From: Candidatus Altimarinota bacterium
GTDB lineage: Bacteria > Patescibacteriota > Gracilibacteria > CAIRYL01 > GCA-016699755
DNA length: 64,000 nucleotides
Assembly (NCBI GenBank): GCA_963664295.1
Contig: OY760935.1
Location: forward strand, 1,120,001 to 1,184,000
Direction: 5' to 3'
Below, one piece after another: positions 30,184-39,363 of this stretch. The notes below the pieces were generated by a model, which saw only the letters and a program-made list of their open reading frames with translations, did no database searches and had not been told where the DNA came from. The translations under genes and the position numbers were made by a program. Position 1 is the first letter of the stretch, and each line of letters begins with the position of its first letter.

Positions 30184-30843
30184 TTAAGCAGTTATCTTTT
30201 TTTCTTCGAATTTTTTCTTAAAAACTTCTCCTCTAAAAACCCAAACTTTGATACCAATAGCGCCAAAGGTTGTATTGGCTGTATCTTGAGCATAAGAAAT
30301 ATCCGCTCTGAAAGTATGTAAAGGGATTTTACCTTCTGAAAAAGTTTCACTACGAGCAATATCAACACCACCCAAGCGACCGCCAACTTGCACTTTTACT
30401 CCTTTTGCTCCAGCTTCTATGCCTTTTTGGATAGCCATTTTAGCAGCTCTTCTAAAGGGCATTCTTTTTTCTAGTTGCCTGCCAATCATATCTGCTAAAT
30501 TACCAGCTTCTAGTTCTGGTTTTTTAATTTCTTTAATGCTTACATCAAAATTTTCACGGAATGTTTTTTGAAGTAAAACTTTAAGATCATCAATAGATTC
30601 TCCTTGTCTGCCAATAATCACACCAGGGCGAGAAGAGTAAATAGAAATATGGGTCATTTCATTTTTGCGCTCTATTTCAATGCGAATAATTCCAGCTTCT
30701 TTTAGTTTATTTTTTAAGAATTTTCTTAGTTCGTAGTCTTTTTTTAGGTTTTTTGCAAAGTTTTTACCTTTTGCAAACCAACGAGATTGCCATTTGCTGG
30801 TAATACCTATTCTGATAACATTTGGATTTACTTTTTGACCCAT
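30184..30843 (-). CDS. rpsC: 30S ribosomal protein S3
   Basis: MGQKVNP, RPGVIIG, GRLGG, PLHTFRADI. Confidence 0.98.
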   Translation of the reverse strand: MGQKVNPNVIRIGITSKWQSRWFAKGKNFAKNLKKDYELRKFLKNKLKEAGIIRIEIERKNEMTHISIYSSRPGVIIGRQGESIDDLKVLLQKTFRENFDVSIKEIKKPELEAGNLADMIGRQLEKRMPFRRAAKMAIQKGIEAGAKGVKVQVGGRLGGVDIARSETFSEGKIPLHTFRADISYAQDTANTTFGAIGIKVWVFRGEVFKKKFEEKKITA

Positions 30844-30858
30844 AATTATTTAATAAAA

Positions 30859-31185
30859 TTAACCTTCAATAACTTCTACAGTAATATGAGAAGTACGTTT
30901 TAAAATAGGAGCAACGCGCCCACGAGAGGCAGGAACACCTCTTTTGTATGTTGGTCCTTTTGTGACAAGAATTTTTGAGACAATTAATTTTTCTTTGTCT
31001 TTTTGGTTGTTTTGTTCTGCATTTGATGCAGCACTGTGAACAACTTTTCTGAGAATTTTAGCACCTTTTTTTGGCATGAAATTGAGCAGATCAAGTGCAT
31101 CTTGCACTTTTTTGCCACGCACCATACCAGCAACCAAGTTGGCCTTTTTAGGTGATAAACGTACTCTTTTTGCTATTGCTTTCAT
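30859..31185 (-). CDS. rplV: 50S ribosomal protein L22
   Basis: RLSPKKANLVA, SAASNA, KRTSHITV; start at ATG 31185. Confidence 0.97.
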   Translation of the reverse strand: MKAIAKRVRLSPKKANLVAGMVRGKKVQDALDLLNFMPKKGAKILRKVVHSAASNAEQNNQKDKEKLIVSKILVTKGPTYKRGVPASRGRVAPILKRTSHITVEVIEG

Positions 31186-31286
31186 AATTTTCAAAAACGC
31201 TGGAACATTTTCCTTAATTTTGCTTATTAAGTCAAGGGTTTTTGAGATAATTTACATTTAAATATTTTTTTTGTAAGCTTAATCCG

Positions 31287-31865
31287 ATGTTTACAGGTAT
31301 TGTTGAAGATAAAGTTCGGGTTATAAATAGGTCAAATACGGGAATTGAAATTGCTCGTCCGAAGATTTTTTCTGATTTACAAAAAGGTCAAAGCATTGCT
31401 CTTAATGGCGCTTGTTTGACTTTGATTGATTTTGATCAAGAAAAATTAAAGTTTGATATTGTGCCGGAAACTTTTCGGCGTACGAATTTGGGTTCAGCAG
31501 AAATTGTAAATGTGGAAAGAGCTTTGAAGGCAGATGGACGTTTTGAGGGTCATGTTGTTCAGGGTCATATTGATGGTTTTTTAGAGCTTTTAGAGCGAAA
31601 AAAAGAGGGAGAAGGTGAGTTTTTTACTTTTAAAAAACCTGTTGAATATGCAAAGTATTTTACTGAAAAAGGTAGTATTGCCTTAAATGGAGTTTCTTTG
31701 ACTATTGCAAAAGAGGATCAAGACACTTTTGGAGTAGCCTTAATACCACATACTTTGGAAATAACTAATTTTGGAAAGATGAAAACTGGAGATTTAATCA
31801 ATTTTGAGTGTGATATTTTTGCCAAATTATTATATAAATGGCACTGTGATGAGCAAAAACAATAA
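31287..31865 (+). CDS. ribE: Riboflavin synthase (alpha chain)
   Basis: MFTGIVE, SIALNGACLT, VNVERA, GHVVQGHID, GSIALNGVSLT. Confidence 0.95.
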   Translation: MFTGIVEDKVRVINRSNTGIEIARPKIFSDLQKGQSIALNGACLTLIDFDQEKLKFDIVPETFRRTNLGSAEIVNVERALKADGRFEGHVVQGHIDGFLELLERKKEGEGEFFTFKKPVEYAKYFTEKGSIALNGVSLTIAKEDQDTFGVALIPHTLEITNFGKMKTGDLINFECDIFAKLLYKWHCDEQKQ

Positions 31866-32268
31866 AAAAGTATTAGTTTTTGGTACTTTTGATTATTTAC
31901 ACAAAGGGCATAAAAAATTTTTACAAGATGCAAAAAAGCTTGGTGATCAATTTTTTGTCGTAGTAGCAAGAGACAAAAATGTGTTAGAGCTTAAAGGTGA
32001 ATTACCGCATTTTTCAGAAAGCGAACGAAAAGAAGAATTAGAAAAATTAGATTTTATTAATAAGGTGATTTTAGGTGATGAAAAAGACAAGTTTGTGCCA
32101 ATTAAAGAGCTTGAACCAGATATTATCGCTCTTGGGTTTGACCAAAAAGCACCACTAAAAGAATTAAAAAATAAATTTTCTAATATAAAAATAGTTAGAC
32201 TTTTTCCTTATTTTCCGCAAAAATTTAAATCAAGCATTATTAAGAAAAAACTACCAAAAAAGAAATGA
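31849..32268 (+). CDS. Cytidylyltransferase-family nucleotidyltransferase, probably RibL-type FAD synthase
   Basis: FGTFDYLHKGH (HxGH), VVVARD, PDIIALGFDQ, KSS; overlaps ribE. Confidence 0.8.
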   Translation: MSKNNKKVLVFGTFDYLHKGHKKFLQDAKKLGDQFFVVVARDKNVLELKGELPHFSESERKEELEKLDFINKVILGDEKDKFVPIKELEPDIIALGFDQKAPLKELKNKFSNIKIVRLFPYFPQKFKSSIIKKKLPKKK

Positions 32269-33227
32269 GCAATTCGATTTTTACAGTATTTAGGCGAGCC
32301 CTTGATCAGGCAATAAAATCAATTACCAGAAGTCGCTGGACAAGTGTGATGACTATTACCGCTTTGGTTTTGGTTTTTTTGCTTGTTCATACTATGAGTG
32401 CTTTTATTTCCTCTGCGGAAAATATTGTGCGTAATTTGCAAAACAAGGTGGATATTGGTGTTTTTTTTAATGAAGAGGCTGATGAGCATGAAATTGAGAT
32501 TTTCTTAAAAGCTTTAGATGACAAAAAAACAAAAGGGGATATAAAAAATTATACTTATTTTTCTCGTGATCAAGAATTGGAGGAATTTGAAAAGAAATAT
32601 CCAGACAGAATGGTGTTTTTGCGTAGGCATAATCTTGGCAATCCGCTTCTTTCTATGGTGGAAATTATTCCTGCACGCGATAAGACAGATGAACTTACAG
32701 CATTTTTATTTCGTGAAGAATATTCCAATGTGGTGAACCAAAAAGCCTTAAGAGATAGTGAAGATTCTCGAAAAAGAGTGAAAAATTTTCTCACTGTTGC
32801 TAGTTTTGCAGAAAATTCCGGCGGGGCAGTTCTTTTGCTTTTTATGATTATTGCCACTGGCTTACTTTTTCATGCTGTGGGAACTGCTGTAAAAATGCAT
32901 GAACAAGAAATTTTTATTATGCGTCTTGTTGGTGCTAATTTTTGGAATATTCGTTTGCCTTATATACTTGAAGGCTTAATGATTGCGCTTTCTGCCTTTG
33001 TGATTAGTCTTTTGCTTGGTGGAATAATATTTTTTATTTTTTCTTCCATTATTGAAAATGCTTTTTCTGACCCAGAAATTAGCCAACATATAAGCGACTT
33101 TACAAGCAAGTTATTAACCATGTTTTCTGTTGATGTCTTACGCAATGCTTCAATTATTTTGTTTTTGGCCTTTATTGGTTCGTTTTTGGCTATAGAAAAG
33201 CATTTACGCACTCAAAAAATATTGTAA
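32265..33227 (+). CDS. ftsX: Cell division permease FtsX
   Basis: 1+3 TM topology; NPL, EIFIMRLVGANFWNIRLPYILEG. Confidence 0.85.
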   Translation: MSNSIFTVFRRALDQAIKSITRSRWTSVMTITALVLVFLLVHTMSAFISSAENIVRNLQNKVDIGVFFNEEADEHEIEIFLKALDDKKTKGDIKNYTYFSRDQELEEFEKKYPDRMVFLRRHNLGNPLLSMVEIIPARDKTDELTAFLFREEYSNVVNQKALRDSEDSRKRVKNFLTVASFAENSGGAVLLLFMIIATGLLFHAVGTAVKMHEQEIFIMRLVGANFWNIRLPYILEGLMIALSAFVISLLLGGIIFFIFSSIIENAFSDPEISQHISDFTSKLLTMFSVDVLRNASIILFLAFIGSFLAIEKHLRTQKIL

Positions 33228-33231
33228 TTTT

Positions 33232-33969
33232 ATGCAAAAAGCACAAGGAACAGCTTTTGTACTTAAAAAACAGGATTATCTTGATAATGATTTAATTTTA
33301 ACTGTTTTTTCTTTGGAGGAAGGCTTGTTTACTGCTTTAGTTAAAGGGGCTAGAAAGCAAGGTAATAAATGGCGAAATCAATTTATACCTTTTTCAGAAA
33401 TTGATTGTGAATATATTATTCCTCGAGTAAAAACTTCTTTGCGAAAATTAACAAAAATTGAAACCAGGCAAAATTGTCTATTAAATTGTTCACCAGAAAA
33501 ATTGATGCATTTTGCCTTTGTTGCTGAGCTTCTTATTCGCTTTTGTCCTAGTGAGCAAAAAATGCAGAGAATTTTTGATTTATTGCAAAATTCTTTTCAG
33601 GAATTAAGCACGACTGATAATAGTCAGGGATTTTTATTAGTTTTTGTGATTAAATTTTTTACTGTTTTAGGTTATTTTCCGTGTTTTAGCACTTGCGGTG
33701 AATGTGGTAAGAAAATTCCTGTTAATTCTGCGGTGGTGTGGAAAAAATCTTTACTTTGTTCGCATTGTTCTGGGCAGGTTGATTGTAATTTGAGTTTTAC
33801 GGAGTTAAAAATTTTAGCTTTTTTTCAAAACCAACCTTTTGAGCATGCTCTCAAGGTTTCTTTGAATAAAGAGGTTTTTAATAAATTGTTTTATTTAGCG
33901 CAAAAAGAGTTTATGGTTCATTCGCCAAAACCCTTAAAAACTTTAGGTGTTTTATATGAGCTAGCTTAA
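33232..33969 (+). CDS. recO: DNA repair protein RecO
   Basis: N-terminal OB fold (DLILTVFS..G...VKGARK), GYFP.FS.CGECG...CSHC zinc finger. Confidence 0.9.
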   Translation: MQKAQGTAFVLKKQDYLDNDLILTVFSLEEGLFTALVKGARKQGNKWRNQFIPFSEIDCEYIIPRVKTSLRKLTKIETRQNCLLNCSPEKLMHFAFVAELLIRFCPSEQKMQRIFDLLQNSFQELSTTDNSQGFLLVFVIKFFTVLGYFPCFSTCGECGKKIPVNSAVVWKKSLLCSHCSGQVDCNLSFTELKILAFFQNQPFEHALKVSLNKEVFNKLFYLAQKEFMVHSPKPLKTLGVLYELA

Positions 33970-33973
33970 TTTA

Positions 33974-34222
33974 TTAAGCAGCTTTTTCTTTTTCATGCCA
34001 AGCATCAGGATTACGGACTGTGTCAGTTGCGTCCATTATTTCTCGCACAAGCTTTTTACATGTTGCACAATTTTCTGGTATTGCTTCTTCAAACATTTCC
34101 AAAAAACCCTGATTATTAAGCGAGGTAGGGCTTTTTGTCTCTGGATCATAAAAACCAACTCCATTTTGACACAAGGATTTTGTTGTAGGGCATGTCATTG
34201 GATATTGTTCAGGCATTTTCAT
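33974..34222 (-). CDS. Small Cys-containing hypothetical protein
   Basis: 82-aa ORF with 4 Cys (including CxxC) filling the recO-ftsK gap. Confidence 0.5.
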   Translation of the reverse strand: MKMPEQYPMTCPTTKSLCQNGVGFYDPETKSPTSLNNQGFLEMFEEAIPENCATCKKLVREIMDATDTVRNPDAWHEKEKAA

Positions 34223-34341
34223 AAATCAATCTATAATTGGCAAAAATCCTATTCTTTATTTATTTTTTTGTCAAATTTTATGCTTTCTTCTCACTTGCAA
34301 TTATGCTTAAAGCAAGGCAAAATACGCTTGTATAAAATTTT

Positions 34342-36459
34342 ATGGCAAAACGAAGAAGAAAATTAACGGCAGTGGGCACAAAAAAAACCGCCACTAAAAA
34401 AAAGAAAATAAAATTAAATATTGAAAAAAGCACATTGAGAGAAATTTGGGGTGTTTTTTTTGCAGTTTTAGGTATTTTAAGCGCTTTAGCCTTGGGTTAT
34501 CAGCTTGGGGTTTTTGGGCAAGGGTTGGCACTTGTTCTGATTAGTCTTTTTGGAATTGGTGCTTATATTTTTCCAATTGTTCTTTTGTTTTTATCTTTGG
34601 CGTTTTTTGTTTATAAAAAAGTTGCTTTTGATTACACAAGATTTTTAGGAATTATTATTCTTTTGCTTGGTTTGATGGGCTTTGTGCATACTTTTTTGCC
34701 TGAAGATCAGCTTTTAGAGATGTCTAGCGATGGCGGGGGATATGTTGGCTTTGCTTCTAGTGTGTTTTTTATAAAATATATTGGCTTTGTAGGTGCGCGA
34801 GTTGTGTTGTTTGCATTATTTTTGGTGGGACTTTTGTTAACTTTCCCTTTTTCTTTGACTGCTTTTTTGAATGGAGTCATGGCCTTTGTTGGTGCTATCT
34901 TAAAAAAAGAAAAGAAAAAGAAAGACGAAAAACCAAAAAAAGTAAAATTTATTGCTTCTGATGAAGAGCGCAAAAAAGCTGAACAAAAACGCAAAAAATT
35001 TGAAAAAGAAATGCTTAATAAAGAGGAAAAAGAGCCATCAAAACCTCTTATTGCTAAGCCAAAAGAAGGCTGGGAACCGCCTGATCTTGATCTTCTTTCT
35101 AACGAAAGAGCGGATATTGATGTTGATGATAAAAAATTAACTCAAAAAGCAGAGTTAATTGGTGAAAAATTATTGGAATTTGGAGTAGAAGTAAGTATGG
35201 GCAAGTATTATCAAGGTCCAACTGTGACACAATTCACACTTAAGCCTGCTGAAGGAGTAAAATTAACCAAGATTACCAATCTTAAAAATGACTTAGCACT
35301 TGCACTTTCCGCTCGATCTATTCGTATTGAAGCTCCTATTCCTGGTAAAGATTTGGTGGGCATTGAAACACCAAATGAAAAAAGAACAATGGTCAGATTG
35401 CGTGAGATTTTGGAAAGTTCTGAATTTGATAAACTTGGAGGTAGTTTGCGATTAGGTCTTGGTAGAGATGTTTCTGGTGATGCTGTGGCTTTTGATCTTG
35501 CAAAAATGCCTCATCTTTTAATTGCGGGTGCTACTGGTGCTGGTAAATCTGTGGGTATGAATTCATTTTTGCTTTCGCTCTTGTTTCAAAATTCTCCTGC
35601 GGATTTAAAAATGATTTTAATTGACCCAAAAAGAGTTGAGTTGGCTAGCTTTAATGGACTTCCTCATCTTTTAACGCCAGTTATTACTGAAGCAGAGCAA
35701 GCCCTTTCTGCTTTGCGTTGGGCTGTTGCTGAGATGATGCGTAGGTATAATGAAATGAGTGAAAAAAGATGTAGAAATATTGAAGAATATAATAAGCAGG
35801 CAGAAGAAAAAATGCCAAAAATTGTTATTGTGATTGATGAATTGGCTGACTTAATGATGCGTCAGCACAAAAAAGAAACTGAAGGAGTGATTTGTCGCAT
35901 TGCACAAATGGCAAGAGCAGTGGGAATGCACCTTATTGTTGCCACACAGAGACCATCTGTCGATGTTATTACTGGTTTGATTAAGGCGAATATCCCAGCA
36001 AGAATTGCTTATGCTGTCACTAGCTCTGTTGATTCACGCACTATTATTGATTCTATTGGTGCAGAAGATTTGCTTGGTGGTGGTGATCTTTTGTTTACTA
36101 ATGCTAGCCTTGGTCGTCCACTTAGGGTACAGGGTGTGTTTATTTCTTCTGAGGAGATACAAAGAGTCACCAATAGAATAAAATTAACTACTGAGGCTGA
36201 TTATGACGATACTATTTTAAATGCGCCGAAAGGAAATGCTCCAGTAGGAATTGGGTCTGGAGAAGGCTCCGGTGACGACGACGATTTGCTTGAAGAGGCA
36301 ATAGAAGTAATTAGAAGTAGTAAAAAAGCTTCTGCTTCATTATTGCAAAGAAGACTTTCTGTTGGCTATGCCAGAGCAGCAAGAATTCTTGATATTCTTG
36401 AGGAAAGAGGAATGATTGGCCCTGCTAGAGGAGCAAAACCAAGAGATATTTATCTTTAA
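34342..36459 (+). CDS. ftsK: DNA translocase FtsK/SpoIIIE
   Basis: N-terminal TMs, PHLLIAGATGAGKS, IDELADLMM, ATQRPS, gamma domain LLQRRLSVGYARAAR. Confidence 0.97.
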   Translation: MAKRRRKLTAVGTKKTATKKKKIKLNIEKSTLREIWGVFFAVLGILSALALGYQLGVFGQGLALVLISLFGIGAYIFPIVLLFLSLAFFVYKKVAFDYTRFLGIIILLLGLMGFVHTFLPEDQLLEMSSDGGGYVGFASSVFFIKYIGFVGARVVLFALFLVGLLLTFPFSLTAFLNGVMAFVGAILKKEKKKKDEKPKKVKFIASDEERKKAEQKRKKFEKEMLNKEEKEPSKPLIAKPKEGWEPPDLDLLSNERADIDVDDKKLTQKAELIGEKLLEFGVEVSMGKYYQGPTVTQFTLKPAEGVKLTKITNLKNDLALALSARSIRIEAPIPGKDLVGIETPNEKRTMVRLREILESSEFDKLGGSLRLGLGRDVSGDAVAFDLAKMPHLLIAGATGAGKSVGMNSFLLSLLFQNSPADLKMILIDPKRVELASFNGLPHLLTPVITEAEQALSALRWAVAEMMRRYNEMSEKRCRNIEEYNKQAEEKMPKIVIVIDELADLMMRQHKKETEGVICRIAQMARAVGMHLIVATQRPSVDVITGLIKANIPARIAYAVTSSVDSRTIIDSIGAEDLLGGGDLLFTNASLGRPLRVQGVFISSEEIQRVTNRIKLTTEADYDDTILNAPKGNAPVGIGSGEGSGDDDDLLEEAIEVIRSSKKASASLLQRRLSVGYARAARILDILEERGMIGPARGAKPRDIYL

Positions 36460-36776
36460 AGAGCTCCTCTTACATCTTCCAAAGCTTCAATAAACTTTGG
36501 CACATCTTCTGCATCCATAATTATGGTTGATTTTCTACCTCTGGATTTTTCTGAGATTTTAAGAAATTTACCATAAGTGCTTTGTTTTAAGTCTATGAAG
36601 AATGTGCGATTACGAGCCTCAATCTTTCTGGAAAGAATTTCATTAGCATAACTACCATTATCTCCAGTATTAGTAGCTTCTGGAGCTTGGTCGGCGTTTT
36701 CTTCAGTTTCTACAGCAACTGCTTGTGTAGCTTGCTGGTTTTCTTGGTCAAATTCTGCAAATGGATCATCAATCAT
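36456..36776 (-). CDS. PUR-domain/DUF3276 single-stranded nucleic-acid-binding protein
   Basis: RTFFIDLKQ...GKFLKISE.SRG.KSTII PUR repeat after an acidic N-terminal tail. Confidence 0.8.
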   Translation of the reverse strand: MIDDPFAEFDQENQQATQAVAVETEENADQAPEATNTGDNGSYANEILSRKIEARNRTFFIDLKQSTYGKFLKISEKSRGRKSTIIMDAEDVPKFIEALEDVRGAL

Positions 36777-36938
36777 TGTGTTTTCTTAAAAAAATTCTAA
36801 AAAAATTTTCCCATATAATCTGCGCTCCTGCAAGATTTAATAAAAAAAACTTGCATAAAAAATAATTTTCTGGAAAAATAAGCAAGCTTTTTCTTATCGC
36901 CCTTTTATCAAAGGGTGCAAATATTTAGCCCAAATAAG

Positions 36939-37409
36939 ATGAGTAAAAAATATGAATTAGTTTTTATTATTCAGCCCGAAAAAACAGAGAAAGAAGCTCT
37001 TTCTGAGGCTGAAAAAATCAAAAAGACTCTTGAGAAAACAGGAGCAAAAGTTGTTTTTGATGATTTTTGGGGCAAGAGAGATCTTGCTTATGCTATTCAA
37101 AAACATAATCAAGGTTATTATCAGCTTTTTGAGTTTGAGATTGACCCTCAAAAATTATCAGAAGTTGATAATGAGCTTAATCTTGCCAAAAATGTAATTA
37201 GACACTTGGTCACAGCTATGCCTGATGATTATGAAACTAAAAGTTTTAAAGATTTTGCTCAAGATGAACCCGTTGCAAAAAAACCAGTTAAAAAGCAAGT
37301 AGCAACAAAAAAACCATCAACAAAAGCAAAGTCAAAACCAGTAAAAGATGACCAAAAGGAGGCAAATGAAAAGCTTGATAAAATGCTTTCTAGCGACTTT
37401 GATGTTTAA
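36939..37409 (+). CDS. rpsF: 30S ribosomal protein S6
   Basis: YELVFII, WGKRDLAYAI, GYY, VIRHL; long C-terminal tail. Confidence 0.95.
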   Translation: MSKKYELVFIIQPEKTEKEALSEAEKIKKTLEKTGAKVVFDDFWGKRDLAYAIQKHNQGYYQLFEFEIDPQKLSEVDNELNLAKNVIRHLVTAMPDDYETKSFKDFAQDEPVAKKPVKKQVATKKPSTKAKSKPVKDDQKEANEKLDKMLSSDFDV

Positions 37410-37433
37410 TTTTTAATAATTTAAGATTTAATT

Positions 37434-37637
37434 ATGTCAGAAAAAAAATGCGAATTCTGCGCTGAAAAAATGTCTAATATTGATTATAAAAATGTACCTC
37501 TTTTAAAGAGATATTTAACTTTATATGCAAAAATTAAACCTCGTTATTATACTGGGGTTTGCCTAAGACACCAAAAAGAGCTTGCTCGTGCCATTAAAAG
37601 AGCAAGACATTTGGCTCTTATTCCTTTTGTTCGTTAA
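37434..37637 (+). CDS. rpsR: 30S ribosomal protein S18 (Zn-binding type)
   Basis: [30 protein letters not shown]. Confidence 0.97.
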   Translation: MSEKKCEFCAEKMSNIDYKNVPLLKRYLTLYAKIKPRYYTGVCLRHQKELARAIKRARHLALIPFVR

Positions 37638-37889
37638 TTATTTTCTTTTTTTGAGGAATTTTTTAATTGCATTAAATGCCTTTGCGCCTAATTTTACTGG
37701 TTGCCAGAGGTAGTGCTTAACTATTTCGCTTATTTCTTCGATGTTTTCTGTGACTCGGTGTACATTGCCGAGTATTTTATATGCTCTTAATAATACCAAT
37801 ATTAACACTAAAATCAGGAGTAAAAATCCTCCAGCAAGTGTTAAGTTTAGTATGTCGCCAGTATTTTCAACTGAAATTCCAAAAATCAT
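37638..37889 (-). CDS. Small single-TM membrane protein
   Basis: Hydrophobic helix followed by an amphipathic segment. Confidence 0.6.
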   Translation of the reverse strand: MIFGISVENTGDILNLTLAGGFLLLILVLILVLLRAYKILGNVHRVTENIEEISEIVKHYLWQPVKLGAKAFNAIKKFLKKRK

Positions 37890-37980
37890 TTTTATTTATT
37901 AAGTTATTTTTATTTTGCCTGTTATTTTTTTAAAGTGCAAGAAAATTGTTCAAAAATTGATATGAGCTTTTATTTATAAG

Positions 37981-38901
37981 CTAATCTTTGAATTTTTCTT
38001 TGTGAATTTTGCGTAAATGTTGGTCTGTTATATGGGTATAAATCTGGGTTGTTTTTATACTTTCGTGGCCTAGCATTGTTTGTACTGCTCTGATATCTGC
38101 ACCATTTTTTAGTAATGAGGTCGCAAAACTGTGGCGAAGAGTATGTGGAGTCACTTTTTTTACTAATCCTGCTTTGCGTGCATATTTACCAACTATTGCC
38201 TCAATTGTGTTTCTGCTTAGTCTTCTTTTTTCGCTATCTATGGAATTTTTTAGATTTGGTGCATGGGAAATAAAAAGTGGCTTTAGCGCATCTGTTCTGG
38301 CTTTTAAATAATCTTCTATTTTTTGAACTGCTTTTTTGCTTAAAAAAACTAAACGCATTTTACTGCCTTTTCCACGAACGGAAAATTCTTGTGATTTTAG
38401 ATTTATATTTTCTTTGTTTAATGAGCAAAGCTCAGAAACACGCATGCCAGTAGAAAATAACACTTGTAATATTGCAGAATCACGAAGGCCTATTAGTGAA
38501 TTTGTATCTACTACATTAAAAAGCATTTCAAGCTCTTGTTCTGTGAGGAATTCCACTGTCCTTTCAGGTATTTTTGGTAGTTCTATTTTTTCTGCTGATA
38601 AAGATTTTATATCGTTTTTTTGGAGATATTTTAAAAAAGCTCTTAAGGCAACAAGGTGATAAGCTTGAGTTTTTAAGTTTAATTTGCCGTTTTTTCCTTC
38701 CATTCTATTAAGTTTTAAGCGGAAATTTTGAATATCTTCCTGATTTATTTCTGACGGTTTTCTTTTTTTGCCAAAAAAATCAGCAAAACGATTTAGCCAA
38801 TGACGAAAATTGCGCAGAGTATTGCTGGAAAGGTTTTTTCCTACTTCTGCATAAATTAAAAAATCATTTATACATTCTATAATGTTCTTTTCTTTGTTCA
38901 T
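37981..38901 (-). CDS. XerC/XerD-type tyrosine recombinase
   Basis: SAM-like N-terminal domain; TGMRVSEL, RGKGSK, TPHTLRHSFAT, LGH, TQIYTH (R-K-H-R-H-Y). Confidence 0.93.
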   Translation of the reverse strand: MNKEKNIIECINDFLIYAEVGKNLSSNTLRNFRHWLNRFADFFGKKRKPSEINQEDIQNFRLKLNRMEGKNGKLNLKTQAYHLVALRAFLKYLQKNDIKSLSAEKIELPKIPERTVEFLTEQELEMLFNVVDTNSLIGLRDSAILQVLFSTGMRVSELCSLNKENINLKSQEFSVRGKGSKMRLVFLSKKAVQKIEDYLKARTDALKPLFISHAPNLKNSIDSEKRRLSRNTIEAIVGKYARKAGLVKKVTPHTLRHSFATSLLKNGADIRAVQTMLGHESIKTTQIYTHITDQHLRKIHKEKFKD

Positions 38902-39318
38902 TTAGATTGGTTCACCAAAGAAATACTCCCACCATTGTTCTCTTTTTGGTCTTGTTTTCATTATTTCTATCCTTCTTTCTTTTTCGGAGAGCCCTTTTAG
39001 TTTTTCTTCTATTGGCTCTTCTTCTTTTGGTGGAAGAATAATCACGCTTTCTCCAGGATTTACTTTGTTTTTTCTTTCTTTTGCCCATTTATCTTTGTAT
39101 TGCGCTGATTCAAGATAAAGCATTTCTGAGAGCAGTTTTTGGTTTTCTGTTTCTAGTCTTTGATTTTCTGTTTGAAATTGTTCTATTGCCCTATCTCTTT
39201 GTCCTGTTCTCATGATTGATGCACCCCAAGAAAAAAGAAGCCATAACACAATAGCTACTCCGCCTAATATTACAAAGCTTACTATTATTGTGCTTTTTTC
39301 TTCTTTATTGTTATGCAT
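38902..39318 (-). CDS. Septum formation initiator (FtsB/DivIC/FtsL-like)
   Basis: Single TM, coiled coil, AKE....PGE motif, C-terminal WWEYFF. Confidence 0.75.
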   Translation of the reverse strand: MHNNKEEKSTIIVSFVILGGVAIVLWLLFSWGASIMRTGQRDRAIEQFQTENQRLETENQKLLSEMLYLESAQYKDKWAKERKNKVNPGESVIILPPKEEEPIEEKLKGLSEKERRIEIMKTRPKREQWWEYFFGEPI

Positions 39319-39363
39319 AGCGAAGTTATTTTATATTTTTTTATCTTATTCAAAAAGCAAATA

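Noticed and set aside
37981-38901. Integrase of a mobile island carrying the giant operon
   Set aside because: Size and motifs fit chromosomal XerC/D; it is coupled to a division gene, lies near ftsK, and no flanking att repeats were seen
32000-39000. dif site near ftsK/xer
   Set aside because: No convincing 28-bp dif-like sequence found by eye
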